Of a stretch of DNA of 64,000 nt, positions 39,989 through 50,701 are shown in pieces. The notes below the pieces were generated by a model. It was not told the DNA's origin, made no database searches, and was given only the letters and a program-made list of their open reading frames with translations. Position numbers and translations under genes: made by a program. Position 1 is the first letter of the stretch, and every line of letters starts with the position of its first letter. The DNA comes from an uncultured Methanoregulaceae archaeon (GTDB taxonomy: Archaea > Halobacteriota > Methanomicrobia > Methanomicrobiales > Methanospirillaceae): NCBI GenBank assembly GCA_963705255.1, contig OY970061.1:832001-896000 (forward strand). The letters run 5' to 3'.

Positions 39989-41125
39989 TTAGAGCGTCTT
40001 TCGCACGACAGATGCCGATCCGTACGCACCGAACGCCCGGAAGAAGATGAGGCTCTCGGCGTACGCCATCGACTGGATCGCGTGCTCGGTCGCCGCTTCC
40101 AGCGAGTAGAGGTCCTTGAAAAATTCCTTGATCGCCATCTTGCAGTTGCCGTCGAATATCTGGCGGTCCGATTTCCCTGCGTTCAGGGGGCGGTACTTCT
40201 CCAGCGTCCAGTCCTGGATGCTCTTGTATAACGCGGGTTCGTACACCTTGAGCGTGCTGAAGACCACGTCCTGCCAGAACGTACCGACGTTGCCCTTGAT
40301 GATGTCCCCCTTCGGGAAGTGGAGGTTGATGAGGTCCCGGGGAGTACCGGTAATACCGTGCTGGGCGATGCCGACCTGCAGCCTGTTGTCCCGGAGGGCT
40401 TGTGCGATCGCCTTCGTCTGCGGGATGTCGATGGAGAGCTGCTCCACCACGTTCCCGTTCGCATCGTAGGTGTGCCCGTGGGTGCTGCCGTTCGCGATCG
40501 CGAGCACGTGCGGGAAGACATCGTTTTCATTGAGAGCCCGGATGAACCCGACGGCTTCTTCGGGTCTCGTCAGGATGAGCCCGCTCCCGTCCTTCCTGCC
40601 GATCTCGCCGACCTCGACTTCGAGGCCGAACTCCGTCCCTTTCATCTTCGTCCTGATATACCGGGCGAGATCCGTGGTGACGCGGATATTCTCCTCCAGT
40701 TCCTCCCGGACATTCTTCCCCTCGAAATTGAAGAGGTGGGAGGCGTCGATCGCAAACGAAGTGTAACCGGCGCTGATCTGGGCGTCGATCAGCTGTTTCG
40801 TCCCGTCAATTTCCTGGGCATCGCCTTTCTTTATCGTGATATGATCCGCGTGGAGGGCCCAGACGTCAAATCCCACCCTCTTCGCGGCCTCGTTCATCTT
40901 CTCCGAGAATGCCTGCGGGGTGAGCCCGGTATAGCCGCCCTTGAGATCGCTCTCCGACCGGGCGATTTCCATGAATACGGCCGAGTCCGTATCCTTTGCT
41001 GCCCGGAAGATGCCGTCAGCGACCGAGGCGATCCGGATATTGGCCGCCATCACGATGGTCTTGTGGCCGGCAATGCCCCGGAGAATCGTTGACCCGGGGA
41101 TGGGACCGAATGCATGCTGTTTCAT
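39989..41125 (-). CDS. fba: Class II fructose-bisphosphate aldolase
   Basis: LHADH, AIDASH, EVEVGEIG, NGSTHG, QHGITG, KGNVGT. Confidence 0.9.
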   Translation of the reverse strand: MKQHAFGPIPGSTILRGIAGHKTIVMAANIRIASVADGIFRAAKDTDSAVFMEIARSESDLKGGYTGLTPQAFSEKMNEAAKRVGFDVWALHADHITIKKGDAQEIDGTKQLIDAQISAGYTSFAIDASHLFNFEGKNVREELEENIRVTTDLARYIRTKMKGTEFGLEVEVGEIGRKDGSGLILTRPEEAVGFIRALNENDVFPHVLAIANGSTHGHTYDANGNVVEQLSIDIPQTKAIAQALRDNRLQVGIAQHGITGTPRDLINLHFPKGDIIKGNVGTFWQDVVFSTLKVYEPALYKSIQDWTLEKYRPLNAGKSDRQIFDGNCKMAIKEFFKDLYSLEAATEHAIQSMAYAESLIFFRAFGAYGSASVVRKTL

Positions 41126-41146
41126 AGACTGATCACTCCTCTTTGT

Positions 41147-42052
41147 TCACCCTTCCTTCATTAATGTTTCAATCAGCGCGATCTCCTTCCTGCCGCCGAC
41201 ATAAATCGGGGTGACCTGGCCGATCTCCTTCGGCTTGATGGTCAGGATATCGTCCTTCCCGTTGCTGATCGCCCCGCCGGCCTGGAAGATGATCATGCCC
41301 ATCGGGTTTGCTTCGTACAGGAGGCGCAGCTTCCCGCTCTCCTTCCCCCTGAACCCCGGGTACGAGAAGACGCCCCCCTTGTGGAGGATCTGGTGCACGT
41401 CGCCGACGAAACAGCCGCTGAACCGGAGCTTGTATCCTGCGTCCTCGAGGGCCTGTATCCACTGGCTGTGGGCAGGGAAGTAGTCTTTCCTGAGTGCGCC
41501 GGGGGCGTAGATCTTCCCGTCCGGGATCCTCAGGTCCTTGTGCCGCAGCACGAACTCCCCCGCGTCATTCATCACGAACTCGTGCACGCCCTTCCCGGTG
41601 GTGAAGGTCAGGGTGGTGAGCGGGCCGTAGAGGATATAGAGGGCGGCAACCATGGAGAGCCCTTTCTCAAGGACATGGCCGGGGTAGATGCCGATGATCG
41701 AGCCCACGCAGAGGTTCACGTCGATCAGGGACGAGCCGTCGAGGGGATCGATCACGACCCCGAACTCGTTCCTGGGGTTCTCGACCTCGATGATCCGGGG
41801 CTGTTCCTCCGTTGCGATATAGCGTGCCAGCCGGGTCTCCTTCAGTCCCGAGATGAAGATCTCATCCGCATACTTGTCGAGCTCCATCTGCTCTTCGCCG
41901 AACTGGTTGCGCGTGATCTCCTCTGACGGGGTCCGGGGGATCGTGCAGTAGAACCCGTGTCTCACGATCCGGGCCTGTTCGCTGAAGAAGAGGATGAGCT
42001 CGGTCAGATTTTTTTCCGTTCCTGCCTCGGCAAGGAAGTCTTTGAGTAGCAT
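41147..42052 (-). CDS. fbp: Class I fructose-1,6-bisphosphatase
   Basis: [22 protein letters not shown]. Confidence 0.94.
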   Translation of the reverse strand: MLLKDFLAEAGTEKNLTELILFFSEQARIVRHGFYCTIPRTPSEEITRNQFGEEQMELDKYADEIFISGLKETRLARYIATEEQPRIIEVENPRNEFGVVIDPLDGSSLIDVNLCVGSIIGIYPGHVLEKGLSMVAALYILYGPLTTLTFTTGKGVHEFVMNDAGEFVLRHKDLRIPDGKIYAPGALRKDYFPAHSQWIQALEDAGYKLRFSGCFVGDVHQILHKGGVFSYPGFRGKESGKLRLLYEANPMGMIIFQAGGAISNGKDDILTIKPKEIGQVTPIYVGGRKEIALIETLMKEG

Positions 42053-42265
42053 TATGGTACCACCTGATGATCCTGTTCCCGACCGCATGGTCGCGGGATA
42101 CTCAGCCAGGATCTCGTGATTTCATGTAGAGTAGGGTGCCGATCCATATCAGGATTTTTATTGCCGTCGTGATGGGATCTCGGGAGCCATGAAAACACCG
42201 GCCCGGTCATGGCACCCGGTCGTTCAGGGTTTGAAAAAGAGGGGAGTTATCCGGTTCCGATCGGT

Positions 42266-42721
42266 TCAGGTGCCGGAAGAGCCGGGCAGGCTCCTGAAGG
42301 TCACTTCGAGCATGCCGTTCCTGAGGGAATGCTGCATCGATCCCGGTTCAACGGGGGGAATGGCTACGGATGTATGGTAGTGGGTGTCCGCATCTCCCGC
42401 GTCGATGACGAGTTTCCCGTGCTGGATGCCCAGGCGGAGGAGGTCCTCGGTCACTCCGGGAAGCCCGGCGATTACTCTCACTTCATCGCCAACATGACAG
42501 ACCTCGGTCACGGGTTCGTCTGCTGCTCCTGGCTGAATAACCGGAGTGGCAGGCATTTCTGACGGCTCTTCGCCGTTCCTGATCAGGATCCGGTAGCTGC
42601 CGGACAGCGCACCGGATTCGGGATCACGGTCCATCCGGGAGAGGAGACGGGCGACCATCCCGTCCATCTCCTCAAAGATATCCAGCGGGTCTTCAAACAT
42701 TTTTGTATCCCTCCACACCAC
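42266..42721 (-). CDS. Hsp20/alpha-crystallin small heat-shock protein
   Basis: LPGV...LRNGMLEV; downstream of CDC48. Confidence 0.85.
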   Translation of the reverse strand: MVWRDTKMFEDPLDIFEEMDGMVARLLSRMDRDPESGALSGSYRILIRNGEEPSEMPATPVIQPGAADEPVTEVCHVGDEVRVIAGLPGVTEDLLRLGIQHGKLVIDAGDADTHYHTSVAIPPVEPGSMQHSLRNGMLEVTFRSLPGSSGT

Positions 42722-42723
42722 AA

Positions 42724-45134
42724 TTATTTTTCGATCTTCTTCTCCAGCGTCTCGGTGAGTTTCTTGATCTCGGCAAAGTCCTTCTGCCGTGCGAAGGTCA
42801 GTTTCCTGAGATCAGCAGCCACCTTTTCATCAGCCTTCTTGGGGGCTGCGCCGGCCCTGGCGACAAGCATGGCTGCCTTATCGAGGATGATCCGCTGGTC
42901 CTGGTTGTAGAGCATCTCCCAGGCCTGGCGCTCTGATCTCTCGACGGCATCCTCGTCCAGCGATCCTTTGACCTTGAGCAGGGCCGCTTCGAAGTGGGCA
43001 CGGGTCAGCATGACGTTCTTGATGGCGTCTTTCCGTTCCTGTTCCGTCCGGCTCCCCATCTGAACGATGAAGTCGCGCATCGCGGCCATCTTTGCCTCCC
43101 GCACGAGCGCTTCGATATCAGCACCGACGTAGCCCTGGGTCTGTTGCACGAGCGTGTCGACATCCACGTCCTTTGAGAGGATGCCCCCGGTCTCGCCGCC
43201 GAGGTAGACATCGAATATCTTCTTCCTGCTCTCCTCATCCGGCGCAGGCACGTAGATATGGCGCTCGAGGCGTCCCGGGCGGAGCAGGGCGTCGTCCAGC
43301 ATGTCCGGGCGGTTGGTAGCAGCGAGGATCGTGACGTTCTTCAGCTCCTCCATCCCGTCAAGCTCGGTAAGGATCTGGGACACAACGCTCTCGGTAACAT
43401 GGGACGAGCCCTGGAAGCTCCCCCGCCTGGGGACCAGGGCATCGATCTCGTCGAAGAAGATGATCGACGGCGAGGCCTGCCGCGCTTTCCGGAAAATCTC
43501 CCGGACTCCCTTCTCGGACTCCCCCACCCACTTGGAGAGGAGCTCGGGCCCCTTGACCGCGATGAAGTTGCACTCGCTCTCGTTGGCCACGGCTTTTGCG
43601 AGGAGGGTCTTCCCGGTACCGGGAGGGCCGAACATCAGGATGCCTTTCGGGGGTTTGGTGAGGAGGTGCTCGAAGACATCCGGGAACCTGAGCGGCCATT
43701 CGACGGCCTCTTTGAGCTCCTGTTTCACTTCCTCGAGACCGCCGACCTGTTTCCAGGTAACATCCGGTACTTCGACCAGTACCTCGCGCATCGCCGACGG
43801 CTCGACATGCTTCCGGGCTTCTCCAAAGTCTTCGTTCGTCACCCTGAGCTTGTCGAGCACCTCGTCCGGGATCTCCTCGTCGATCTTGATCTGTGGGATC
43901 ACCTTGCGGAGTGCGTGCATTGCCGCCTCCTTGACCAGGAGTGCAATATCAGCACCGACAAATCCGTGGGTCGTGTTGGCGAATTCCTCAATCTTCACAT
44001 CGTCGGCGAGCGGGACCCCCCGGGTATGCACCTGGAAGATCTCCATCCTGCCTTTCTTGTCCGGGATGCCGATCTCGATCTCCCGGTCGAACCGCCCGCC
44101 CCTGCGGAGGGCCGGGTCTATCGAATCCGGAAGGTTGGTCGCTGCAATGACAATGACCTGCCCGCGTCCCTTGAGCCCGTCCATAAGAGCCAGGAGCTGG
44201 GCTACCACGCGCCGCTCGACTTCTCCCTGAACCTCGGCACGTTTTGGTGCGATCGAGTCAATCTCATCGATGAATATTATCGCAGGCGCATTCTGCTCGG
44301 CCTCTTCGAACTTCTCCCGGAGGCCTTTCTCGCTCTCGCCGTAATACTTGCTCATGATCTCCGGGCCGGAGAGGGTGATAAAGTGAGCGTCCACTTCGTT
44401 TGCAACCGCCTTGGCTATCAGCGTCTTGCCGGTACCGGGCAGGCCGTCCAGGATACCCCTTTGGGTGGCTGGATGCCAAGGCGCTCGAAGATCTCCGGGT
44501 GGCGGAGCGGGAGCTCGATCATCTCGCGGACGAGCTGGAGTTCGCGGCCAAGTCCCCCGATGTCCTCGTAGTGGATATCGGATGTCTCCTGTTTGCCTTC
44601 TTCCGGCTTGTACGGCTCCTCTTTCAGCTCGATCTCGGTATCATCGGTCACGATGGCAATGCCTTTTGGCGCGACTTTGGCAATGACGAGCGTTATGGTA
44701 TTCCCGATCACGTCGATCCGCTGGGTCTGGCCTTCAAATACTGCACGCCCGCGGAGGATCCTTGACAGGTACTGTTCCCCTCCAACGAGCCGGATCGGTT
44801 GTGTCGGCTGGATCACCACTTTCTTTGCATATTCGGCCTCTGATTTCCGGATCCTTACCTTCTCGTCGATGCCGGTAGCTGCATTGCCCCGGATATTGCC
44901 ATCAATCCGCAGGACGCCAAAACCTGTGTCCTGGGCAAAGCCGGGCCAGACAATCGCAGCGGCCTTCTTCTTTCCCTGGATCTCGATAACGTCGCCGGAG
45001 ACGAGCCCCAGTTTCTTCATCACCTCGATGCTGACCCGTGCTATGCCGCGACCGGCGTCATCATGGGCTGCCTCCTTCACCGTTACTTCGGAATAATCCT
45101 TATCTGTCAATTGTAAAACACCCCGCTGGTTCAA
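42724..45134 (-). CDS. cdc48: CDC48/VCP AAA ATPase (frameshift near 44440-44460)
   Basis: N-domain ORF 44418..45134 and D1/D2 ORF 42724..44394; break falls in the [12 protein letters not shown] Walker A region. Confidence 0.92.
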
Positions 45135-45259
45135 GGTTTACCACTAGTTAGTGTGGTATTGTATTTAAACTTTGGTTACGGGGGTTCTGTTAACTTGATG
45201 GGGGACAGTGCAGGTTGTTAACCAGAGGGGGACGACCTTATAAAAATAAAAATCTTTTA

Positions 45260-45967
45260 TTAAATCTCCTGTTGTTTTGATTCAATCCATTCTCTGACAA
45301 GCATTTTAATAAAATCCTGCGCCTCGGAAAAAGACATGGGTTTACCCGTATAACTTATTTTTGGATCAGCATGCCGAGATTCCATACCTAATATTTTATA
45401 GCTATTGGCAGTTGCTTTGAAACGTTTAATTATCTCTTTATTTTTGCTGTTGGAGTTGCTTAGAGGAAACTTATCTTCCTGCAATATTTCCAAAATATTA
45501 TAGAGTGTAAACCATGAGTCAAAATTTTGATTAATATACTGGCACATTTTTGCAACTTGGGGATCCGTTTTTGCAAGGTTAAAAAGAGGAATTACAGATT
45601 CCGCTGCATTATGGATTTCTTGTGTTCCATCTTCTTTTATTACACTGAGACACGCAAATGCCCTTGCTTTACTACTCATTGTACATGATAGTAATACAAG
45701 TCTCGATCCATCTGGTTGAGGTTTCATTATTTGACCGATTTTTATTGGATTTGAAGCTCCCAAACTTATTATGATTCCAGCATTAATGGGAATTAAAAGT
45801 TCATTGGCTTTTTTGCAAATTTCTTGATCCGCCAACGAATCAAAACGAGTGGATTTTAAAATATATGCAGACCCATCTTTTTCGATAGTAAGTTCCGGAG
45901 TATTGCAGACTTTTGCTAGTTCACGAAGATCAATTTCATCCCCTGTTAATGTAACAATCCATCCCAT
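45260..45967 (-). CDS. Hypothetical protein (AT-rich insert), possibly HEPN-like C-terminus
   Basis: SWFTLYNILE...FKATANS...SRHA; much lower GC than the flanks. Confidence 0.6.
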   Translation of the reverse strand: MGWIVTLTGDEIDLRELAKVCNTPELTIEKDGSAYILKSTRFDSLADQEICKKANELLIPINAGIIISLGASNPIKIGQIMKPQPDGSRLVLLSCTMSSKARAFACLSVIKEDGTQEIHNAAESVIPLFNLAKTDPQVAKMCQYINQNFDSWFTLYNILEILQEDKFPLSNSNSKNKEIIKRFKATANSYKILGMESRHADPKISYTGKPMSFSEAQDFIKMLVREWIESKQQEI

Positions 45968-45995
45968 AAAACTCTAAAAGATGTTTGGGGTTTTA

Positions 45996-46235
45996 TTATT
46001 TCGCCCGCACCGCAGCATTCTGTATCAGCGTCATCCACTTATTTTCCCCAGTAACCACAATCCCACATGCCTCAGCCGGTGTCTTTCCGTCAAGTGCTTC
46101 ATGTGGACGCACAAAGTTATGATAAATCTGCATACCATGAATAATCTTTGTATCGACTTTCTTTATCCCGCGCATTGTCTTTTCCCTGTCGCGGATCTCA
46201 CCATTGATCCTTTCCATCTTGTTGTTGTTCGTCGG
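45996..46235 (-). mobile_element. Remnant of an archaeal IS6-like DDE transposase C-terminus
   Basis: NNNKMERINGEIRDREKTMRG...YHNFVRPHEALDGKTPAEACGI. Confidence 0.8.
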
Positions 46236-46316
46236 GTCGGTAAGTTTGATTGCATTAATTCCACAAAAATTTCGGTTCCGGCTCGCAAAAAAAATCGCGA
46301 TCGCCCGTGCGCCAAA

Positions 46317-46368
46317 AAAATTTCAATCGACCCCTCACCCCCCGCCCGGAAAATTTCAATCGACCCCT
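46317..46368. repeat. 19-bp direct repeat aaaatttcaatcgacccct
   Basis: Copies at 46317-46335 and 46350-46368. Confidence 0.8.
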
Positions 46369-46704
46369 GACTGGATGTTCCTGACCCTCACGCCGGAGAA
46401 CTAAAAATTTTGTAGCATGTACATGCATTTTGTAGCATAATTATCCGATTGTAGCCTCACAAACTAACACCTCATGATCGCGATGAAAAAATTTTAAACG
46501 CGATCGTGATCGCGATTGAAAAAGACCAACGTGAAAGTCACGCTGACTTTCATGTGAGGCTGCTGAAAATACAATGCATTTTCATGCCTTTCCAGGCAGG
46601 GTCCGGCCAAAAAAATCTTGGAAAATGCTTTGGTGAAACCCACATGAACCGGTCGGGTTCGCACCCGGACTATGGAAATTGCTGATACCTCTCTGATAAT
46701 CTGA

Positions 46705-47030
46705 GGGGCCCCGCCTCAGGGCCTCTCCGGGGACAGCCCGCAGGGCTGTGGAGAAGAATCCGCAAGGATTCTTCGACCAGCATCACCCGGTACGGGTGAG
46801 CCACGGCGGGGCAGATTACCGGGTTCAAGGATTGTAAGGTAACTTCAGGCCGCCGCGGAGCGGGTCGAAAATTCTTGAAAGAATTTTCTTCAGCCAGCCC
46901 TGACCCTCTGGTCACAGCTGGCTCCCGTCGGGGACAACCGAAGGCTGTGGAGAAGATTTTCCTCAGAAAATCTTCGACTTCGGCGGCAGGTATCACGTTG
47001 GGGGTAGGGGGGCATCAGCCCCCATCGTTA
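46705..47030. repeat. Repeat family B copy with mini-element inserts
   Basis: Shared scaffold and inserts with 20930-21200 and 38478-38700. Confidence 0.8.
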
Positions 47031-47341
47031 ATCCTGATGAAGTCAATTTTCATGGGAAATCCTGACCAAAACTGACAGTACCCGATGACCAAAGGTCTAA
47101 GGTACATGGTCCCCCTGCATTCCTGCGGCAAACTCATGAGTTCCATTGGTGCATTCAGCCTGCTATTCACCGGATTCTCGACGAATCCCCAGCTGAACCA
47201 CAGGAAAGATCCCGATCTAACAAAAACACAAAAAATTCTGCGTTATGCCAAATCAACTTTACTTGTTATCTTAACAAGCCAGATTTACTCCAGAATCGAG
47301 AAACCGAGCCTTTATCTTGTCTTTACCATAACCAGTATGAT

Positions 47342-48619
47342 ATGAGTATCGTAGCAGATGCCAAGCGTGGCATCGTCACCGAAGAGATGAAAATTGTCGC
47401 AGCGCAGGAAGGGGTCACCGAAGACTTCGTCCGGCGCGGTGTTGCCGGCGGGCATATCGTCATCCCTGTTTCCCCGTACCGCAAAGTAAAGATCTGCGGT
47501 ATCGGGGAAGGGCTTCGCACCAAGGTAAATGCCTCTATCGGGACCTCCACGGATATCGTGGATATTGGCATGGAAATTGAGAAGGCAAAACAGGCCGAGC
47601 GGGCGGGCGCAGATACCCTCATGGAACTCTCCACCGGCGGCGATTTTCTCGAGATCCGCAGACAGGTCATCGCCAATACAAGCCTCTCTGTGGGCTGCGT
47701 CCCCCTCTACCAGGCATTCATCGAGGCAGCAATAAAAGACGGCGCTGTCGTCAACATGAAGGAGGATGACCTCTTCCGCATTACTGCCGAGCAGGCAAAA
47801 CTCGGCACCAATTTTATGGCGATCCATACCGGCATCAACTGGGAGACCGTCAAGCGCCTGAGAAACCAGGGCCGTCATGCCGGACTCGTCTCGCGGGGCG
47901 GGGCATTCATGACCGCGTGGATGCTCCACAACGAGAAAGAGAATCCCCTGTACCGGGAGTTCGATTACCTGCTCGAGATCATGAAGGAGCACGAGGTCAC
48001 CCTCTCCATGGGTAACGGTATGCGGGCCGGGGCGATCCATGATGCAACCGACCGGGCCGGGGTTCAGGAGCTCCTGATCAACGCTGAACTCGCGGACAAG
48101 GCCCATAAGGAGAACGTGCAGGTCATCGTCGAAGGTCCTGGCCACGTCCCGATCGATGAGATCGCGACCAATGTCCAGCTCATGAAGCGGGTCACCAATA
48201 ACAAACCGTTCTACATGCTCGGGCCCATTGTCACCGATATCGCACCGGGCTATGATGACCGGGTGGCAGCGATAGGTGCTGCAATCTCATCGTCCCTGGG
48301 TGCCGATTTCATCTGCTATGTCACGCCTGCCGAACACCTCGCCCTCCCGACACCGGAGGAAGTGTATGAAGGCGTCATGAGTTCCCGGATTGCCGCCCAT
48401 GTCGGGGATATGATCAAGCTCAAAAAGACCCGCGAAGCAGACCTCGAGATGGGACACGCCCGCCGGGACCTTGACTGGGAACGCCAGTTCGCCGTGGCCA
48501 TGAACCCGGCCCGGGCAAAAGCGATCCGGGCCGAGCGTATGCCTGCCGATACGGACGGATGCACGATGTGCGGGGACTATTGTGCTATCAAGATCGTCAA
48601 CCGTCATTTCAAATTCTAA
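47342..48619 (+). CDS. thiC: Phosphomethylpyrimidine synthase (ThiC family)
   Basis: KVNASIGTS, SRGG, EGPGHVP, YVTPAEHL, CTMCGDYC; a BzaA/B-type role cannot be excluded. Confidence 0.9.
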   Translation: MSIVADAKRGIVTEEMKIVAAQEGVTEDFVRRGVAGGHIVIPVSPYRKVKICGIGEGLRTKVNASIGTSTDIVDIGMEIEKAKQAERAGADTLMELSTGGDFLEIRRQVIANTSLSVGCVPLYQAFIEAAIKDGAVVNMKEDDLFRITAEQAKLGTNFMAIHTGINWETVKRLRNQGRHAGLVSRGGAFMTAWMLHNEKENPLYREFDYLLEIMKEHEVTLSMGNGMRAGAIHDATDRAGVQELLINAELADKAHKENVQVIVEGPGHVPIDEIATNVQLMKRVTNNKPFYMLGPIVTDIAPGYDDRVAAIGAAISSSLGADFICYVTPAEHLALPTPEEVYEGVMSSRIAAHVGDMIKLKKTREADLEMGHARRDLDWERQFAVAMNPARAKAIRAERMPADTDGCTMCGDYCAIKIVNRHFKF

Positions 48620-48721
48620 CCAGACTTTTTTTACCCTGCTTATTGTGCTGACAGTCACCAGGGGATGTCAAGAATTATGGCATAGGTATGCCAAATATCT
48701 GTACAGGATACTCACCAGCAT

Positions 48722-49300
48722 ATGAACGGCCTGCTATCGAAAAATGCCCTGCGGGAGGCCGCGCGACAGAAGCGTTCTCTGCTCTCCCCGGCTGAAATTG
48801 AAGGAAAAAGCACCCGCATCTGTACCGCCCTTGCCGGAATACTCGACGGGATGGATCCCATCATGGTCTATGTTTCAAAACCGCAGGAGGTCGATACCCG
48901 CAGGCTTATCGGGGAGCTCATCATATCACGGAAAAAAATTGTTGTCCCGGTAATTGAGAAGGAGACCCGGACCCTGCGCCTTTCCTATCTGGACCGGATC
49001 TCAGACCTTGTCGAAAGCACGTTTCAGGTACCTGAACCCGTCGGACACGAGCTTCCTGCAGATTCGCGGGACATAAAAGGAGTTATTGTGCCTGTACTTG
49101 CTTTCGATCGAAAGGGGACCCGGCTCGGGTACGGTGCCGGCTACTATGACCGGTTCCTGTCCGCGCACCCCCATATGGCGAAGATCGGACTCGCTTTCGC
49201 ATGCCAGGAATTCGATGAAATCCCAGCGGACGGGAATGACATAGGAATGGATAGTATCATAACCGAGAACGGGATCATCCGCTGCGGCCGAAGGTGCTGA
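48722..49300 (+). CDS. 5-formyltetrahydrofolate cyclo-ligase family
   Basis: VPVLAFDRKGTRLGYGAGYYDRFL. Confidence 0.92.
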   Translation: MNGLLSKNALREAARQKRSLLSPAEIEGKSTRICTALAGILDGMDPIMVYVSKPQEVDTRRLIGELIISRKKIVVPVIEKETRTLRLSYLDRISDLVESTFQVPEPVGHELPADSRDIKGVIVPVLAFDRKGTRLGYGAGYYDRFLSAHPHMAKIGLAFACQEFDEIPADGNDIGMDSIITENGIIRCGRRC

Positions 49301-49373
49301 GATATCGATCACAAACCACGACTCAATACACTCAAATAAGCACGGGAATAAAATACTCCGGCACGGTGATCCT

Positions 49374-50193
49374 ATCAAACTGAATTTCGGCGGTTTTGTC
49401 CCGCTATCTACCATCGACTGGCGTGGAAAGGCCGTCTGCACGGTCTTCTTCCGGGGCTGCCCGATCCGCTGTTCATACTGCCAGAACGAGGCGATCCAGA
49501 TTGGCGAAGATTACCGGGATACCGGTGAGATCCTCGGGCTGATCAGATCTTCGTCCCCCTATATCAGCGGCGTCGTTTTTTCCGGAGGTGAACCTGCCCT
49601 GCAGAAAGATGCGCTGCTCGATCTCGCCCGGCAGGTAAAAACCATGGATCTCGCAGTCGGCATCCAGACAAACGGCCTTTTTCCCGGGACGCTTGAAGCA
49701 CTGCTCTCGGAGAGACTGGCAGACAAGATTGCCATCGATTATAAGACGCGGTGGGAGGGGTATTCCGGTATGGCCGACGGTCGGAGTACCGATTCGAGAA
49801 GACAGCTACCAGACATCCGTCCGCAAATCTATTGCGATCTGCAAAAAAGCACTCAGGGAAGATGTCCTCCCTGAATTCGAAGTGGTGATTACCGTGTTTT
49901 ATGAGAATGAAGAATATATCCGGGAAATTTCGAAGGAGGTTGGAACGGTGCCGCTCGTGCTCCAGCAGGGGGAGCACAAGATAGGGCATATCTATTCTGC
50001 AGCACCTGCTATGACCAACGGGGAATATATCTTTAAGAAGCGAAACCTTCAGGAAGAACATCCTCCCCTGCAACTGGACGAGATCAAAAAAATTGCGGAT
50101 GAACTGGGAAGAACGGTAAGGATAAGAACGCGAGAGGTTGGAGAGATTTCCTATGAAAGTGATTGGCGTCGTCGGGCTTCCCGCAAGCGGTAA
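49374..50193 (+). CDS. nrdG: Anaerobic RNR-activating radical SAM protein (frameshift near 49795; possible ATC start)
   Basis: In-frame IKLNFGGFVPLSTIDW...FRGCPIRCSYCQN...FSGGEP upstream of ORF 49644; continues in the frame of ORF 49693..50193. Confidence 0.8.
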
Positions 50194-50701
50194 AGGTGAA
50201 TTCTCGAAGATTGCTGCTGGTACGGGTATCCCGGTCGTCGTTATGGGAGATATGATCCGGACTGCGGTCAAAGCTTCAGGACTGGAACCCACTGACGAAA
50301 ATTTCGGGACGATGGCAAACAACCTCAGAACTGAACGCGGCATGGATGCAGTCGCCCAGCTCTGCATCCCCGAGATCCGGAGCCTGTCCGCACCTCTTGT
50401 GCTCGTTGATGGTATCCGTGGCAATGCGGAAGTTGAATTATTCCGCCGGACTTTTGAGGGATTTACCCTTATCGGGATCGAGTCTTCCTTCGAAAAACGG
50501 CTTTCGCGGATAGCAGCCCGGGCACGTTCAGATGATTTTTGTTCCGCTGATGCCCTGCACAACCGTGACGAACGCGAACTGAGCTGGGGGCTGGGCAATG
50601 CCCTCCGGAATGCCGACCTGACTCTCAGGAATGAAGGTACCCTTGACGCGTTCTCAACGGCTGTCCGCGACCTCCTTGCCACACTTGGACGTGAGAGATG
50701 A
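50153..50701 (+). CDS. P-loop kinase (UPF0200/dephospho-CoA kinase-like)
   Basis: GLPASGKG, MGDMIR, VDGIR, RDERELSWG. Confidence 0.85.
   Translation: MKVIGVVGLPASGKGEFSKIAAGTGIPVVVMGDMIRTAVKASGLEPTDENFGTMANNLRTERGMDAVAQLCIPEIRSLSAPLVLVDGIRGNAEVELFRRTFEGFTLIGIESSFEKRLSRIAARARSDDFCSADALHNRDERELSWGLGNALRNADLTLRNEGTLDAFSTAVRDLLATLGRER

Noticed and set aside
44394-44460. Programmed frameshift or naturally split CDC48
   Set aside because: The break lies in the Walker A region with no obvious slippery site, and similar indels occur throughout the window.
47085-47341. TPP riboswitch upstream of thiC
   Set aside because: The conserved CUGAGA and downstream TPP-aptamer motifs are not visible.
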